This document shows, piece after piece, positions 1 to 11,395 of a stretch of DNA of 64,000 bases. The DNA comes from the human T2T-CHM13v2.0 reference genome, Homo sapiens: NCBI RefSeq assembly GCF_009914755.1, contig NC_060934.1, one strand, 5' to 3'. Position 1 is the first letter of the stretch; every line of letters starts with the position of its first letter. The notes under the pieces are model-generated. The model saw nothing but the letters and a program-made list of their open reading frames with translations. It was not told the origin of the DNA and searched no databases. A program made the translations under genes and the position numbers.

Positions 1-64
1 TTTATTATCTATAAATTGCCGGGTCTGTGGCATTTTGTTAGAGCAGCAGGGATAGACTAAGATA
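1..64 (+). mobile_element. 3' end of MaLR LTR (MLT1/MST-like)
   Basis: gtctgtggcattttgttagagcagcagggatagactaagata resembles the MaLR LTR terminus. Confidence 0.65.
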
Positions 65-249
65 GTCCTTCAATAAATATTTTTAATTGCCTACCACATG
101 CCAGGCATCATCTAAAGTGCTGTAAGAGAAAAATAGAAGAAAAAGCTTTGCTTCAAAAGCTATTCACAAATAACCCTTGCTCAGGGCAGAGTAGATCATA
201 AGTACCATGACACAGAAACCAACAAGGCTGAGGTTCTGTTCCTGCCCCA

Positions 250-410
250 GACGGTGACTGAGCAAGTTAATTTACCTTTTTTTGGTTCACATCCGTGGAC
301 TGATAATAATAATTCTCCCATGCCTGCTTCACCTGAGAACAAGGAGGAGAGCTCAGAATACCTGAGTGGACAATGATGGGAAGGCACCATGAGAACTGTA
401 AAGCACCATT
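250..410 (+). mobile_element. MIR-family SINE fragment
   Basis: gtgactgagcaagttaatttacc...aactgtaaagcacc is MIR-like. Confidence 0.5.
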
Positions 411-419
411 GATGCAGGA

Positions 420-565
420 GAGGTTATGATGAAAGGATGATGATATTGGTATTGATAATGGTGAAGATGATGATTATGATAGTAAAGGGGTGGGAGAAGA
501 TATGGTAATTATGGTGAATAAGATGAAAACAATAAGGATTATAGCAATAATTCATCATCATGATT
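420..565. repeat. degenerate (GAT)n low-complexity tract
   Basis: recurring gat/ggt/aat triplets. Confidence 0.7.
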
Positions 566-2419
566 CATTCAACAAATATGCACTGAGGGCCAACTATACG
601 TTAGACACCATGGATACAGTAATAAATGAAAGAATGTACTTGTCTTATTTTTCACTGGGAGGAAAATCAATAAGTGAGTGATAGTCACATAATTACTAGA
701 GTTTTAGACTGCCAAAAAAAAAAAAAAAAAGGCAGAGAGAAGGGATAGAAAATGGTGGGAAGTGGCAATGCTAACAGAGATGGTGATTCTGGTTACAGCT
801 GGAATCCCTCGGCAAAATTAAAAACTTATATGAGAGTCAAGTCCAAGAGGCAGTTTCTAGTGGGCTCCAGCCTTTGTCACTGCAGGCGGTGCTTGGTGGC
901 AGACATGTGTTGTTATGGGATTTGTGTGGGCCTGAGTCGGGTACATGGAGTCCAAGATGTAGAAGAAAAGATCTTATAGATGAGATTTCACTAGGTACAT
1001 TCTGAGCCCAAGTGACCAAACAGTCTGGGAAAACAAAGACCCTGGTTGTTTCTTTCATATGAAACATGTTTCTGAAGCTTGTCTTCCTTGTCTCCAAGAA
1101 GAATTTCTGTGTAAGTTTCAGGAGTCTGGCACACATTATAGGTTAGTAACATCAATTTTCCCCACAAGAAATAATAACATTGTCATAATTGACTTTGGCT
1201 TTAAACTTGTGTTATTGTCCTGAGGAAAATGAAGTTAGGGTGGGTGGAGAAAGGCTATTAAAACCCCAGGTCTTTCTGCATTTACAAAGAGCATACAATG
1301 ATGTTACACAGCCCAGTTTTGGCAGCCAGCATCGGAATCAGCTTGGGCAAACCCCGAGGTAAACACCTGAACATCTGGAAACAGAGAACAGAGAAGTCGA
1401 GGGATTGCAGGGAAGCCCAGATACAACTAGTACGTTTTATAATATTTTTAATTTGCTGCATGTGAAAGAAAAGGCTTGGTCGGACTCTGGAACTTAACCA
1501 AAAGCAGTGGCCATGTTTTATTCACATTTATGTTCCTCATCTTTTAGTACTGTATCTGGCCAATAAATCAGCAAACACTTCGTTGTTTGAATGAGTGACA
1601 GAATAAAAGAGAAAATAAGTGAGTGGAAGAATTAATTAACAGAGACTGGTGTGGAGCAGAAGTGAAAGGAATGAACAGTTGTGGGATCCCATCCAGGCTT
1701 CGTCTCCACCAGCTGACAACCTGAGCATAGTCTTGATCCGTGTGCCTCATGAAATGAGGATAATCATCACATCTGAGCTAGCTATTATGAGAATTATAAA
1801 GTAACATGTGACATGCTCAACAAAGAGTCAGTATTAATAATCATGTTAATCATCATGCTTGTGATCATTGTAGGAAAGAAAAGTATGTCCCTAATATGAT
1901 TTATTTCAGAACCAGAAAAGGAATACATAATATAAATATATTTTAACAAAATGAATAATCACATCATCACTTAGCAAAGGCTTTGATCCATATGTCTGAT
2001 GCATCAGTCTTACCATCCTTGAAATATAAAGGAATACACATGTATTTATTGATCACTTAATATGTTTAAGGTGTTAAATGCTACGGGGAAAGCAAAGAAT
2101 TATAAAACGAAGTCACTATTCTTAAGTTGCTTTTACTACTTAGAGAAACAGAGAGACACACATGCATGCGCACCCACTCACACATAGTCACACACTCACA
2201 CCCCCCCACCCCCCACACACACATACACCTATGACATCAAGAAATCCAGACTAAGTATGACGGGAGGTCAAGGAGAGCAAAAACTATTCAAAGGCAAGAT
2301 AATTGGAGATACTAGAGTCAGTACAGCTCAGTTCCACTTTCCTAAGAAGCAGATGTGCTTAAATTGAATGATGAGTAAACAAAGCAATGAAAATGGACGT
2401 TTAATAATAAACATTTCAA

Positions 2420-2754
2420 TTTAAAGACTTTTGAAATTCTAAAACATCATTCTAAATAAACTTTGGATCACAGAGGAAATAAACACTGCAATTATAGACT
2501 TTTAGAGAGTAGCTACTATAAAAATTCTGCATATCAAATTTATGAGGTGGTCAAAGCTGTACTCAAAGAAAATTACATTGTCATAAATGCTTTCATTTTT
2601 AAAGATCAATGCACAAATATAAAGGAAAAAATCATTACATTAAAAACATTAGGAAATTAACAAAATATAATTAAGTAGGAGAAAAGAGTGAATAAATAAA
2701 ATATGAAAGCAGAAATGAGTGAATCAGAAACCCAAGAAACAACAATTATTAACA
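2420..2754 (+). mobile_element. old L1M ORF2 fragment
   Basis: ORF 2463-2660 AYQIYEVVKAVLKENYIVINAFI aligns with L1 ORF2 [23 protein letters not shown]. Confidence 0.7.
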
Positions 2755-3044
2755 GGCAGGGCACAGTAGCTCATGCCAGTAATCCCTGCACTTTCGGAAG
2801 CCGAGGTGGGAGGATCACTTGAGCCCAGGAGTTCGAGATCAGCCTGGGCAACATGGTGAATGCTGTCTCTACAAAAAATACAAAAATTAGCTGGCATGGT
2901 GGTGTGTGCCTGTAGTCCCAGCTACTCAGGAGGTGGGAGGATGGCTTGAGCTTAGAAGTTTGAGGTTACAGTGAGCTATGATTACACCACTGCACTCCAG
3001 CCTGGGTAACAGAATGAGACCCTGTCTCGGAAAAAAAAAAAAAA
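2755..3044 (+). mobile_element. AluJ
   Basis: dimeric Alu with J-type gagcccaggagttcgag, A-tail, and TSD aattattaaca at 2744-2754 and 3046-3056. Confidence 0.95.
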
Positions 3045-3599
3045 GAATTATTAACAAACAGAAGAGGCGGTTATAGAATATAATCATATACCTAAGGAAA
3101 ATTTATACATCTTGGGGGGAAAGAAAGGGAGAGAATTAGGGATTGTGGTGTTAGAGGGACAAAGTTTCTTCCATTAGAAATGAAAAAGAATTTATAACAG
3201 GTAAAAGGGGAAAGGAAAGGAAACATGAGCATCTTATGTTTGTACTGCTCACCATAGCAGCAGCTAAAAGCAGAGGTAAACTAAGAGGTGAACTTGGGGT
3301 CCAGAGGTGTCTGCCACAGTCAACCGTATGATGGTGTTGCATTGAAAAGGTCTTAAATCTTAGATGAGTTAAAAGATGGCCTTTATTCTGTGGCAAAGCA
3401 GACTTACAGAACTCTTCAAGGACTGCAAATTCAAAGAGAAAAACAAACTCACACTAGTACCATTTAGAAATCCACAAAGAGAGAAAAGCCAAAGTAAATG
3501 GGAGCAGCAATGCTTCCTTTCACAGCTAAGTGGCTAAGAGATCACATGATCCAACGAAACAATGCAAAATGAAAAGACTCTTTCCTCTCAAAGAGAGAA

Positions 3600-4960
3600 G
3601 ATGTTTGTGACTTTCCTAAGCCAATTACCAGAACCTAACCTAAAGGATTTCTTGGTGTCAGATACTACAGTAGACATTTGATTTGTAACTTTTTTGAATT
3701 GACTTCCTGTCTATGTGACGTAATGAAAGCCAACACACATACGCCTTTGTCCTGAAAAACTCACTGGAAACTGTTTTCTGTAACATAAAGAAATCTCTTG
3801 AAAACATCCTAGCCTTGAACTCATGCATTATCATCAACCTTGCTATTTGTATATTAAACATCAAGACAAACTTTGGGGATTTGAGCATGACAGTACAACA
3901 GTACACAGACATCAGTGATCTATTAAATATTACAGCCTCTCACTACCAGGTAAAAAAAGTCTACCCCAATTTGTAACCAGTAGCATCAGCCACAAAGTTA
4001 CCTGAGGCCTCTGGTGACTTAGGATCTCCACTTAGCCTCATGACCATTCATGCTGTTCTGGCCTTACTCTTGTCTGAAAACACCCAGAACTTTTCTGCTT
4101 CGGGAATGACTGCTTACAAAATTCTTCTCTCACCCATACATATTTCTATCTATCATTGTAATACTCTAAACCCCAACAGCCACCTACCACTCCCAAAAAA
4201 GAGAGAACCTTGTGACTGTCATGCTCTTACTCAGGAGTTTTTTTGCCTTGTCCTGACCTCCTTGAAACCCATTTAGAAAACCAAAATTTAGAACTATTTT
4301 TAAAGAATGCTATTTAAGAACTCAAGAAGGAGGCTACAAAGCCCGACATGCAACCACAACTCATTCTGCCATGCTCAAATTCAATCCTTTCTGTACAGAA
4401 GCTGATGCTGTACAAGTTGATGAAATTGTAGCACTTACTAGGGCCTGCCAGTTAACTAAACACAAAAGATACCTGTCTTTATAGATAGTGAATATGCTTT
4501 GAGAGTGATAAATGATTAGTGATATGATTTAGAAACAACATGGCTTTTTAATGTCCCTGATATATGATTATAAATATGTTCTTGCTAATTTCTCTCTGTT
4601 TCCTGGTTTGCCAAGAGCCACTCATTGCTATAAAGCAGCCACTCTGGCAGCAGCAAAGACACTTGTGTTTGTTTTTCATTTAGTGGATACCCACATATTT
4701 ATTTTGTGATAGGAGTACCCATTTCACTGGAACAGTAATTTAAGAATTTGCAAGGCTCTTCCTGTCACACAAAAGTTTCAATGTCCCTAATTCCCAGCGA
4801 AAATAGAAAGACTGAATGGTAAATTTAATTTGCAAAACTATCACAGACACTTAAGCTGCCATTGTTAAAGAACTTGCTCTTTAATGGGTGTGAGGTCCAC
4901 ATCAAACAGAAACTCATAGACTATTCCCATATGAGATGGTCATTGGATGCTATAGGTGTC
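3600..4960 (+). pseudogene. pol: decayed class I endogenous retrovirus pol (RT thumb, tether, RNase H, integrase core)
   Basis: manual translation gives colinear motifs: FPKPITRT*PKGFLGVRYYSRHLICNF (3612), HAVLALLLSENTQNFSASGMTAYKILL..CNTLNP (ORF 4040), VQVDEIVALTRACQL (4410), IDSEYA (4481), YKYVLANFSLFPG (4569), WIPTYLFCDRSTHFTG (4684), KIERLNG (4800), HRLFPYEMVIG (4915). Confidence 0.8.
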
Positions 4961-4979
4961 TCAACATCTCACTTCCTAT

Positions 4980-5860
4980 CATTTTGCATTGAGTTATCTT
5001 GACACCTTTATCCAAAATCAATTGATCACAAATATATGAATTTATTTCTGGCTTCACAATTGTATTTTATCAGTATACATATCCATCCATAAGCCAGTAT
5101 TGCACTATCTTAATGACTCTGTAGTAAGTTTTGAAATTGGGAAGGGTGAGCCCTCCAACTTTGTTCTTTTTCAAAACTGTTTTGGCCATCCTGAGTGCCT
5201 TGCATTTTCATTTGAATTTTAAGTTCAGCTTGTCCATTTCTGCCAAAAATGGCAGCATGGATTTTGATAGAGATTGTGTTGAATCTGCAGATCAATTTGT
5301 GGAGCACTGGCATCTTAAAGACCTAACAATATTAATACTTTCCATGAACATGGGATGTCTTTTCACTTATCTAGATATTTTTCAATTTAATAATTATTTA
5401 GACTTTTCAGTGTACAATTTTTACATTTCTTTTGTTAAAATTTTCCAAAGTATTTTATTCCTTTTTATTCTATTGCAAATAGAATTATTTTCTTAATGTC
5501 ACTTTTTGGATTGTTCATTGCTAATGTATAGAAATGTACCTGATTTCTTTACATTTGTCTTGCATAACACAAACTTGCCTAATTAGTTAGTGGTTATGGT
5601 TTTTTTAGGGGATTCCTTAGAATTTCTTATGTAGATTATGTCATCTACAAATAGAAATAGCTCTACTTCTTCCTTTCCAACATGTATGACTTTTATTTCT
5701 TTTTCTTGCCTAATTCCCCTAACTAGAACCTCTAGCACAATGTTGAATAGAGGCGACTACACTGAATATCAGCATCTTATTCCTGATTTTAAGAAAAAAG
5801 CATTTGGTTTTCATCATCAAGCATGATGTTATCTGTTGATTTTTCATAGATGTTCTATGC
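4980..5860 (-). mobile_element. old L1M ORF2 fragment
   Basis: antisense L1 ORF2; minus ORF 5110-5313 KLICRFNTISIKI matches ORF2 [13 protein letters not shown]. Confidence 0.85.
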
Positions 5861-6789
5861 ATACCATATGGGATATTGCACTTCTAATCCTTCCCTCCTA
5901 GGTCTAGTGACACATCCTTTCTCTACATCTTTGCCTACTCTGCCCTAGAGAAAGAAGAGTCATTTCATTGACAGGTGAGTTCCAGAAGAGGAACTGGGCA
6001 TGAGGTATCCAGCCTTCTCCTCTTCCCTCTATCTTGGGAGCTGGGTACCACATGAAGCACATTTTCTGTTATGCTTCTTCAGGCCTTAAATTTTTAGGGA
6101 AATCCTTGACATGAGGAGGTCTGCAGTTGTTCAGAGCTACCTGTGATTAAGTGACCAATTGTAGGGTTTTGGTATAATAAAATCTATCTATGATATGTTC
6201 TTTAGTATCAACTTTATCATCTTTACCTAGCTGATGCTCTCTATCCTAATTGAATCCTAAGCTGAATATGGAAAAGGGATGCTATGTGTACCCCTATGAA
6301 TCCCAAATAAGGACTGAAGGAATACTTTCAGTTCTAGTAAAATGCTATATGAAGAAGACTGAAGATATCCCTGTGTTTAGCTGGGGGAAATAAAGTAATC
6401 AGAAAAATCAATCCTTGATACAAGCTTTAGTGTGCTCTCCAACTATACACTTTGAAAGACAGAAAAGCTTCTTTATTATCTTAAGCATGGAAAATATATT
6501 TGGCTAAACAAGTATAACATTCTTGGGTAAGATGAAGAGTTGAAGTTGGGTGTGAAAAGAAATGGAGGACTTGAAGGGAAATAAATGTTTTATCTTAGAT
6601 GATGAATTCAAATGCTCTAATGGCAAGGGTAAGATAGTACCTCTATAAATAATATCAGAGAGGTTTCCTTAGACAGCCAAGGATTTTTGTAGCTCATGGA
6701 CCTCAGTGTAAATCAGTGGCTGCATTCACTCTCTTTACTTGCTTTATATACAGACAGGTAAAGAGAGGGGGCTGCAGTTATGATTAAAA

Positions 6790-7105
6790 CCTCCCAATAA
6801 TTGAAGGTTGTCCTATGAAACAGGAATTAGATTTATTCTAAAGCTTTTATAAGGCAAACCAGAAATAGCTAATGACATTAAGATGGAATGAATTTGGTCA
6901 ATGTAAAGAAAAAGCAAATAATTAACTCTGCTTTAAAAAATAGAATTGGACACTGTAATGGCAAGAGCTACAGTTTCTGGGAACATTTCAGCAGAAACCA
7001 GATGCTCACCTGTAGAAAATGTTGTGGGGGGAGATTCCCAAACATGATAGGGATTGAACCAAATGTTCCACGTGGTTCCTTCCAGCTCCGAGATTGTTGA
7101 ATTCA
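6790..7105 (+). mobile_element. L3/CR1 LINE 3' end
   Basis: gaaggttgtcctatgaaacaggaattagatttattc...ggttccttccagctccgagattgttgaattc resembles the L3 3' terminus. Confidence 0.6.
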
Positions 7106-7134
7106 AGAAAGAAATAGCCTGAGGATGAACCACA

Positions 7135-7290
7135 ACTCTGTAGGCAGAAGACCTGGATTCTAGGCTCAATTTTTCTACTAAGTAGCTATATTACTTTGTG
7201 CAAATTTCTTATTCTTTATAGACTGCAGTTCCCTTCCCTGTAAAATGCACATTCAGGAGTTGGAGGAGATAATTGTTAGTTAAGCTCTCT
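7135..7290 (+). mobile_element. MIR fragment
   Basis: gaagacctggattctaggctc...cagttcccttccctgtaaaatg. Confidence 0.6.
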
Positions 7291-7314
7291 TTTGGCTAAA
7301 AAATACTAGGACTG

Positions 7315-7788
7315 CAGGTAGTGTAATGCCTCCAGCAGCACTGGAAAGTTTTGCTATTCACAATAGCAAAAACTTGGAACCAACCCAAATGTCCATCAGT
7401 GATAAGACTGGATTAAGAAGATGTGGCACACATACACCATGGAATACTATGCAGCCATAAAAAAGGATGAGTTTGTGTCCTTTGTAGGGACATGGATGAA
7501 GCTGGAAACCATCATTCTCAGCAGACTATCGCAAGGACAGAAAACCAAACACCACATGTTCTCACTCACAGGGGAGAATTGAACAATGAGAACACTTGAC
7601 ACGGGATGGGGAACATCACACACTGGGGCCTGTCGTGGGGTGGGGGGATGGGGAGGGATAGCATTAGGAGAAATACCTAATGTAAATGACGAGTTAATGG
7701 GTGCAGCACACCAACATGGCACATGTATACATATGTAACAAACCTGCACGTTGTGCACGTGTACCCTAGAACTTAAAGTATAAAAATA
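7315..7788 (+). mobile_element. 5'-truncated L1PA4/L1PA5-like element with complex 5' junction
   Basis: L1 ORF2 end, 3'UTR and A-tail; 17-bp TSD aaaaaatactaggactg at 7298-7314 and 7789-7805. Confidence 0.95.
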
Positions 7789-10700
7789 AAAAAATACTAG
7801 GACTGAAACAGAGACATAGAGTGTTCTAAGCACTAAGCAGTAGTATGCAGATTGGCACAGATTGGAAGATGAAGCCTTCCTAAGTGCATGGCACAGTGAT
7901 GTTTGAGAACCAGCCTGTACTATCTCAGGAGAGCCCACTGAGCACCATTCTCCAATTCTGAGGTTCAGTGATATGAGGCTGGTATCATGAGAATATTTAC
8001 AACATTGACTTAGCAAAAGCTACAAATCTGAGCTTTTTGTTTCGGTTTATCAGCACAACTTTGGTTACCAAGCAGTTTTATCGGATTCAATCTTCAGATT
8101 GAAGATTTTCTGATAAAGTAGCTGAGACAGTGGTTCAATTTGCTTTCCCCCTACTTTACAGAGGAAAAGCACATCACACACTATTCCTAATTTTCACTAA
8201 GAAGCATTACCCCAGGTTGTAGAAACCTTGAGGGCACTAAACAAAGACACATTTTGAAGTACTGTTATTGATGTCCAGAAAGTGTATGACTAATGACTTG
8301 GAAATCAATCCTTTTGCCCAAAAGGTAGTTTTTGGTTTGTTTTTAATAAAATTGAATGGTAACTCAATTTGAGCTGTCAATAAATAGATCACTAGCAATC
8401 ATTTTTATGATAAGTAACTATAATCTTGCGCATAAAACTCAGAAGCAGTCTGAAAAACTGAATGGCATTGTTATAATAAATCTTGAATATGGTTTGTGAT
8501 TGTTTACATTTTAAAGACAAAACGAGAAAGAGCGAGAAATAGAATTGATGTTGAATTCTATCTCACTCTAATAGTAAGTGATATTTATTTAAAAATACAT
8601 AATCTAATAGAAACCAAAGCCTACTCATCTCATTAACAAATACATTTACAACAACATTTTATTTGAAAAGTAATAAATATAATTTTTGGAATTTACAACT
8701 TGTTTGTTGTTTCAGTTGATACACAAGGTAATAATTTTAATAACTCACAGAACAAAATTAATGCTTAGAGTCTTATGCTCATAGGCAATAAAAAGTTACA
8801 TATAAATTTTCATATAGTATTTTATAACTTCCATATATTTTTCTAAATAGAAAAGCATAATCGAGTTTTGTATTAAATAGTTTCAAGTATAAACTACATT
8901 ACATTAGAATAAAATTCTGTTTGGGAAGTAGAATGGAAATTTGAGTTCAAGGAGAAAAAGAACTGATATAAAAGTTTCACTTGTGTGTGTGTGTGTGTAT
9001 TTAAACTAAAGATAGTGAGTATTAAATTGCTCAAGTATTCTGAATCTTTTAGACACATTTAAAATGATAGTTTTATTTGAAAATGTTAATATTTATCATG
9101 TGTTGAAAATTCTATCCTTGACAGTTTAGTGAGTAAAATGGTTGAGGGCAATTATCTCCATTATCCTTACAGACTGCTAGCCAACCTCCAGCTGCATGCC
9201 TACCCCCTTCCCATAATAAATCACACAGCATCAAGGACCATTGGTGCCAGCCATCTCCACCAACTGAGTGACATTACCGTGTGCTGCTATACCTCTTGGT
9301 AGACAGGGGCCTCTTAATACATCCTGGATTGATTGATCAGTCTAGTGAAGGACTTCACAGAGATGAAGTCCTTAATTCAATGAACAACTGAAATTCTCAG
9401 TGGCTGCAGGCAAAAATGATGCCTTAGTCTGCTAAGGAGTTCTTGCTTTCACTCACTATAGCAACCTGGCAAGAGGAAGACTCAAGCAACATCTAAAGCA
9501 TCTAAAGATGATGCAATGCAAGAAAGCCTCAAACTTTTTCTGAATTTAAACCTAGGACAATTACATTTGGCCCAACTACAGGCATGTTTGGTGTATTTGT
9601 AAATACTCAAGTGGCACAGGAACATTTATTTTGGGGAGGCAGGAATTAAAAACTTTGATCTTTCAAAGCAAACTTTAGAAGATAAGTGGTGAATTCAAGG
9701 TATCAGGACAAAGAAAGCTCCCTGGCTTCTTTCTCTGAATGTTTCACCTCTGCCTTCACTCCTTTCTCTAAAGGGAGAAGTGATTATTTGCAGAGAAGCA
9801 GCAGGAGATTCTTCATGTACCTTCTTTCTCTTGGAACCCAAAATTCTGGCCTGCTCCTCCCTGTCTGTAATGTTTGGGATAGATCCTCATAAGAAGAGGA
9901 CAGTGGTTGGTCAGTGTAGACTGTGATTAGGTTGGGAGTCTAATTCTTGGGTCCCAGTATCAGGAAGCCTGTGTTGCTCCATGTCTAAGCCATATCCTGC
10001 AACACAGCTTCATTGGCAATAAAGGGTGATAGTTTGTTCTCCACTCTCTGCCTTTGTTGTCTCTCAAACTGCCAGGAAAAGAAGGTTTCTAAAATCTCCA
10101 AATTTAAGTGTTCATCTGTAGAAATAAATTAAGAGGTAAATGAGGCTGGTACAAAGATCATTTTTGTCAGAATTTGGAGAAGATATAGGTATCATTGTGG
10201 TGTCAATACAAAAGAGGTGAATAGGAAGACAGGGGGAGAGACTTTTGAAATGCCAAGTAGTGAAAGAGTTTGACCCCACCCTTGTCTCTTTGCTTATCTA
10301 AATGTTCCCCATCTTTGCAGGGTGACAATGTGGCAATTTTTAAAAACCTGACTAGACTCATCACTAGTCTTCAACCTGCAAAAAGAAGACTGACAGCATA
10401 GGATTGCTGTAACATAGTAGTGATTCCTCTCATTGGAATCTTTACCTTTATACTGTATCTACACAAACAGATGGTTTTAAGTACACAAACACAAATTATG
10501 GCTGACTGCAAAAATCTGACCCATCAGTAATTGACTTTTTAAATTCACTGTCATTTCTTTTCCAGATTGGCATGTTTGTGCCTCTGACAATGTGGTCTTT
10601 GACATACATGTCTAGCTTTTTTATTGAAGTGTATCTACCATTGCATATTCCTGGAGCTCTCACAAGCACACACCTCAGAGGATAAAGACAGTTATTATTA

Positions 10701-10924
10701 ACTTCTGGTAGACCTTTGGGCTGCTTTAGAATATGAACCCTTTAAGTCCAGAAACCACGACCTGATAAACATGATACTTAGTATCAGAAACTAGAACTGA
10801 TGTGAGGGAACTGAGATTCTATCTGGTCAACTTGGGTAGTTCATTATTCATTCATTCAACAAATATTAATTGCCTGTCCTGCAATAGGTCTAGATGCTTG
10901 TCATAAATTAAAAAAAAGAGTTAT

Positions 10925-11395
10925 AAACTCTTCCCATCTCTGTGTCCACTTCCCATCCTGTAGTTCCTCTGTAATGTGATTTCTCCTATCAAGAGAAACA
11001 GTGTATTTTTCTAACTCTTTAATCTTGGTTTAATGCCGTGACCTGACTTAGCCAATGAGGACATTAGCAAGTGTGATGCAAACAGGGACTTGCAAAGTGC
11101 TTGATCTTTGGGGTTTTCCATCTCTTGACAGTTAATGCATGAACATGCAATTATCTCTATTATCCTTACAGACTGCCAGTCAACCTCCAGACATGTGACT
11201 GGGCCATCATCCTTCAGCTGACTGCAAATACATGCATCAACTCAGTGATGCCACACTGAGCAGAGATAACTAGCTCAGCAAAGCCTCTCCCAAATTGCTA
11301 CCCACAGAACCATGAGCAAATAAGTAAGTGGTTTGTTGTTTTTAGGCTACTAAGTTTCAGAGATTGCTTGTTACACAGCAAGAGCTAACTGACCC
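10925..11395 (+). mobile_element. MLT1 (G/H-like) MaLR solo LTR splitting an L2 fragment
   Basis: ends with ttaggctactaagtttcagagattgcttgttacacagcaagagctaactgac; L2-like sequence on both sides. Confidence 0.75.
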
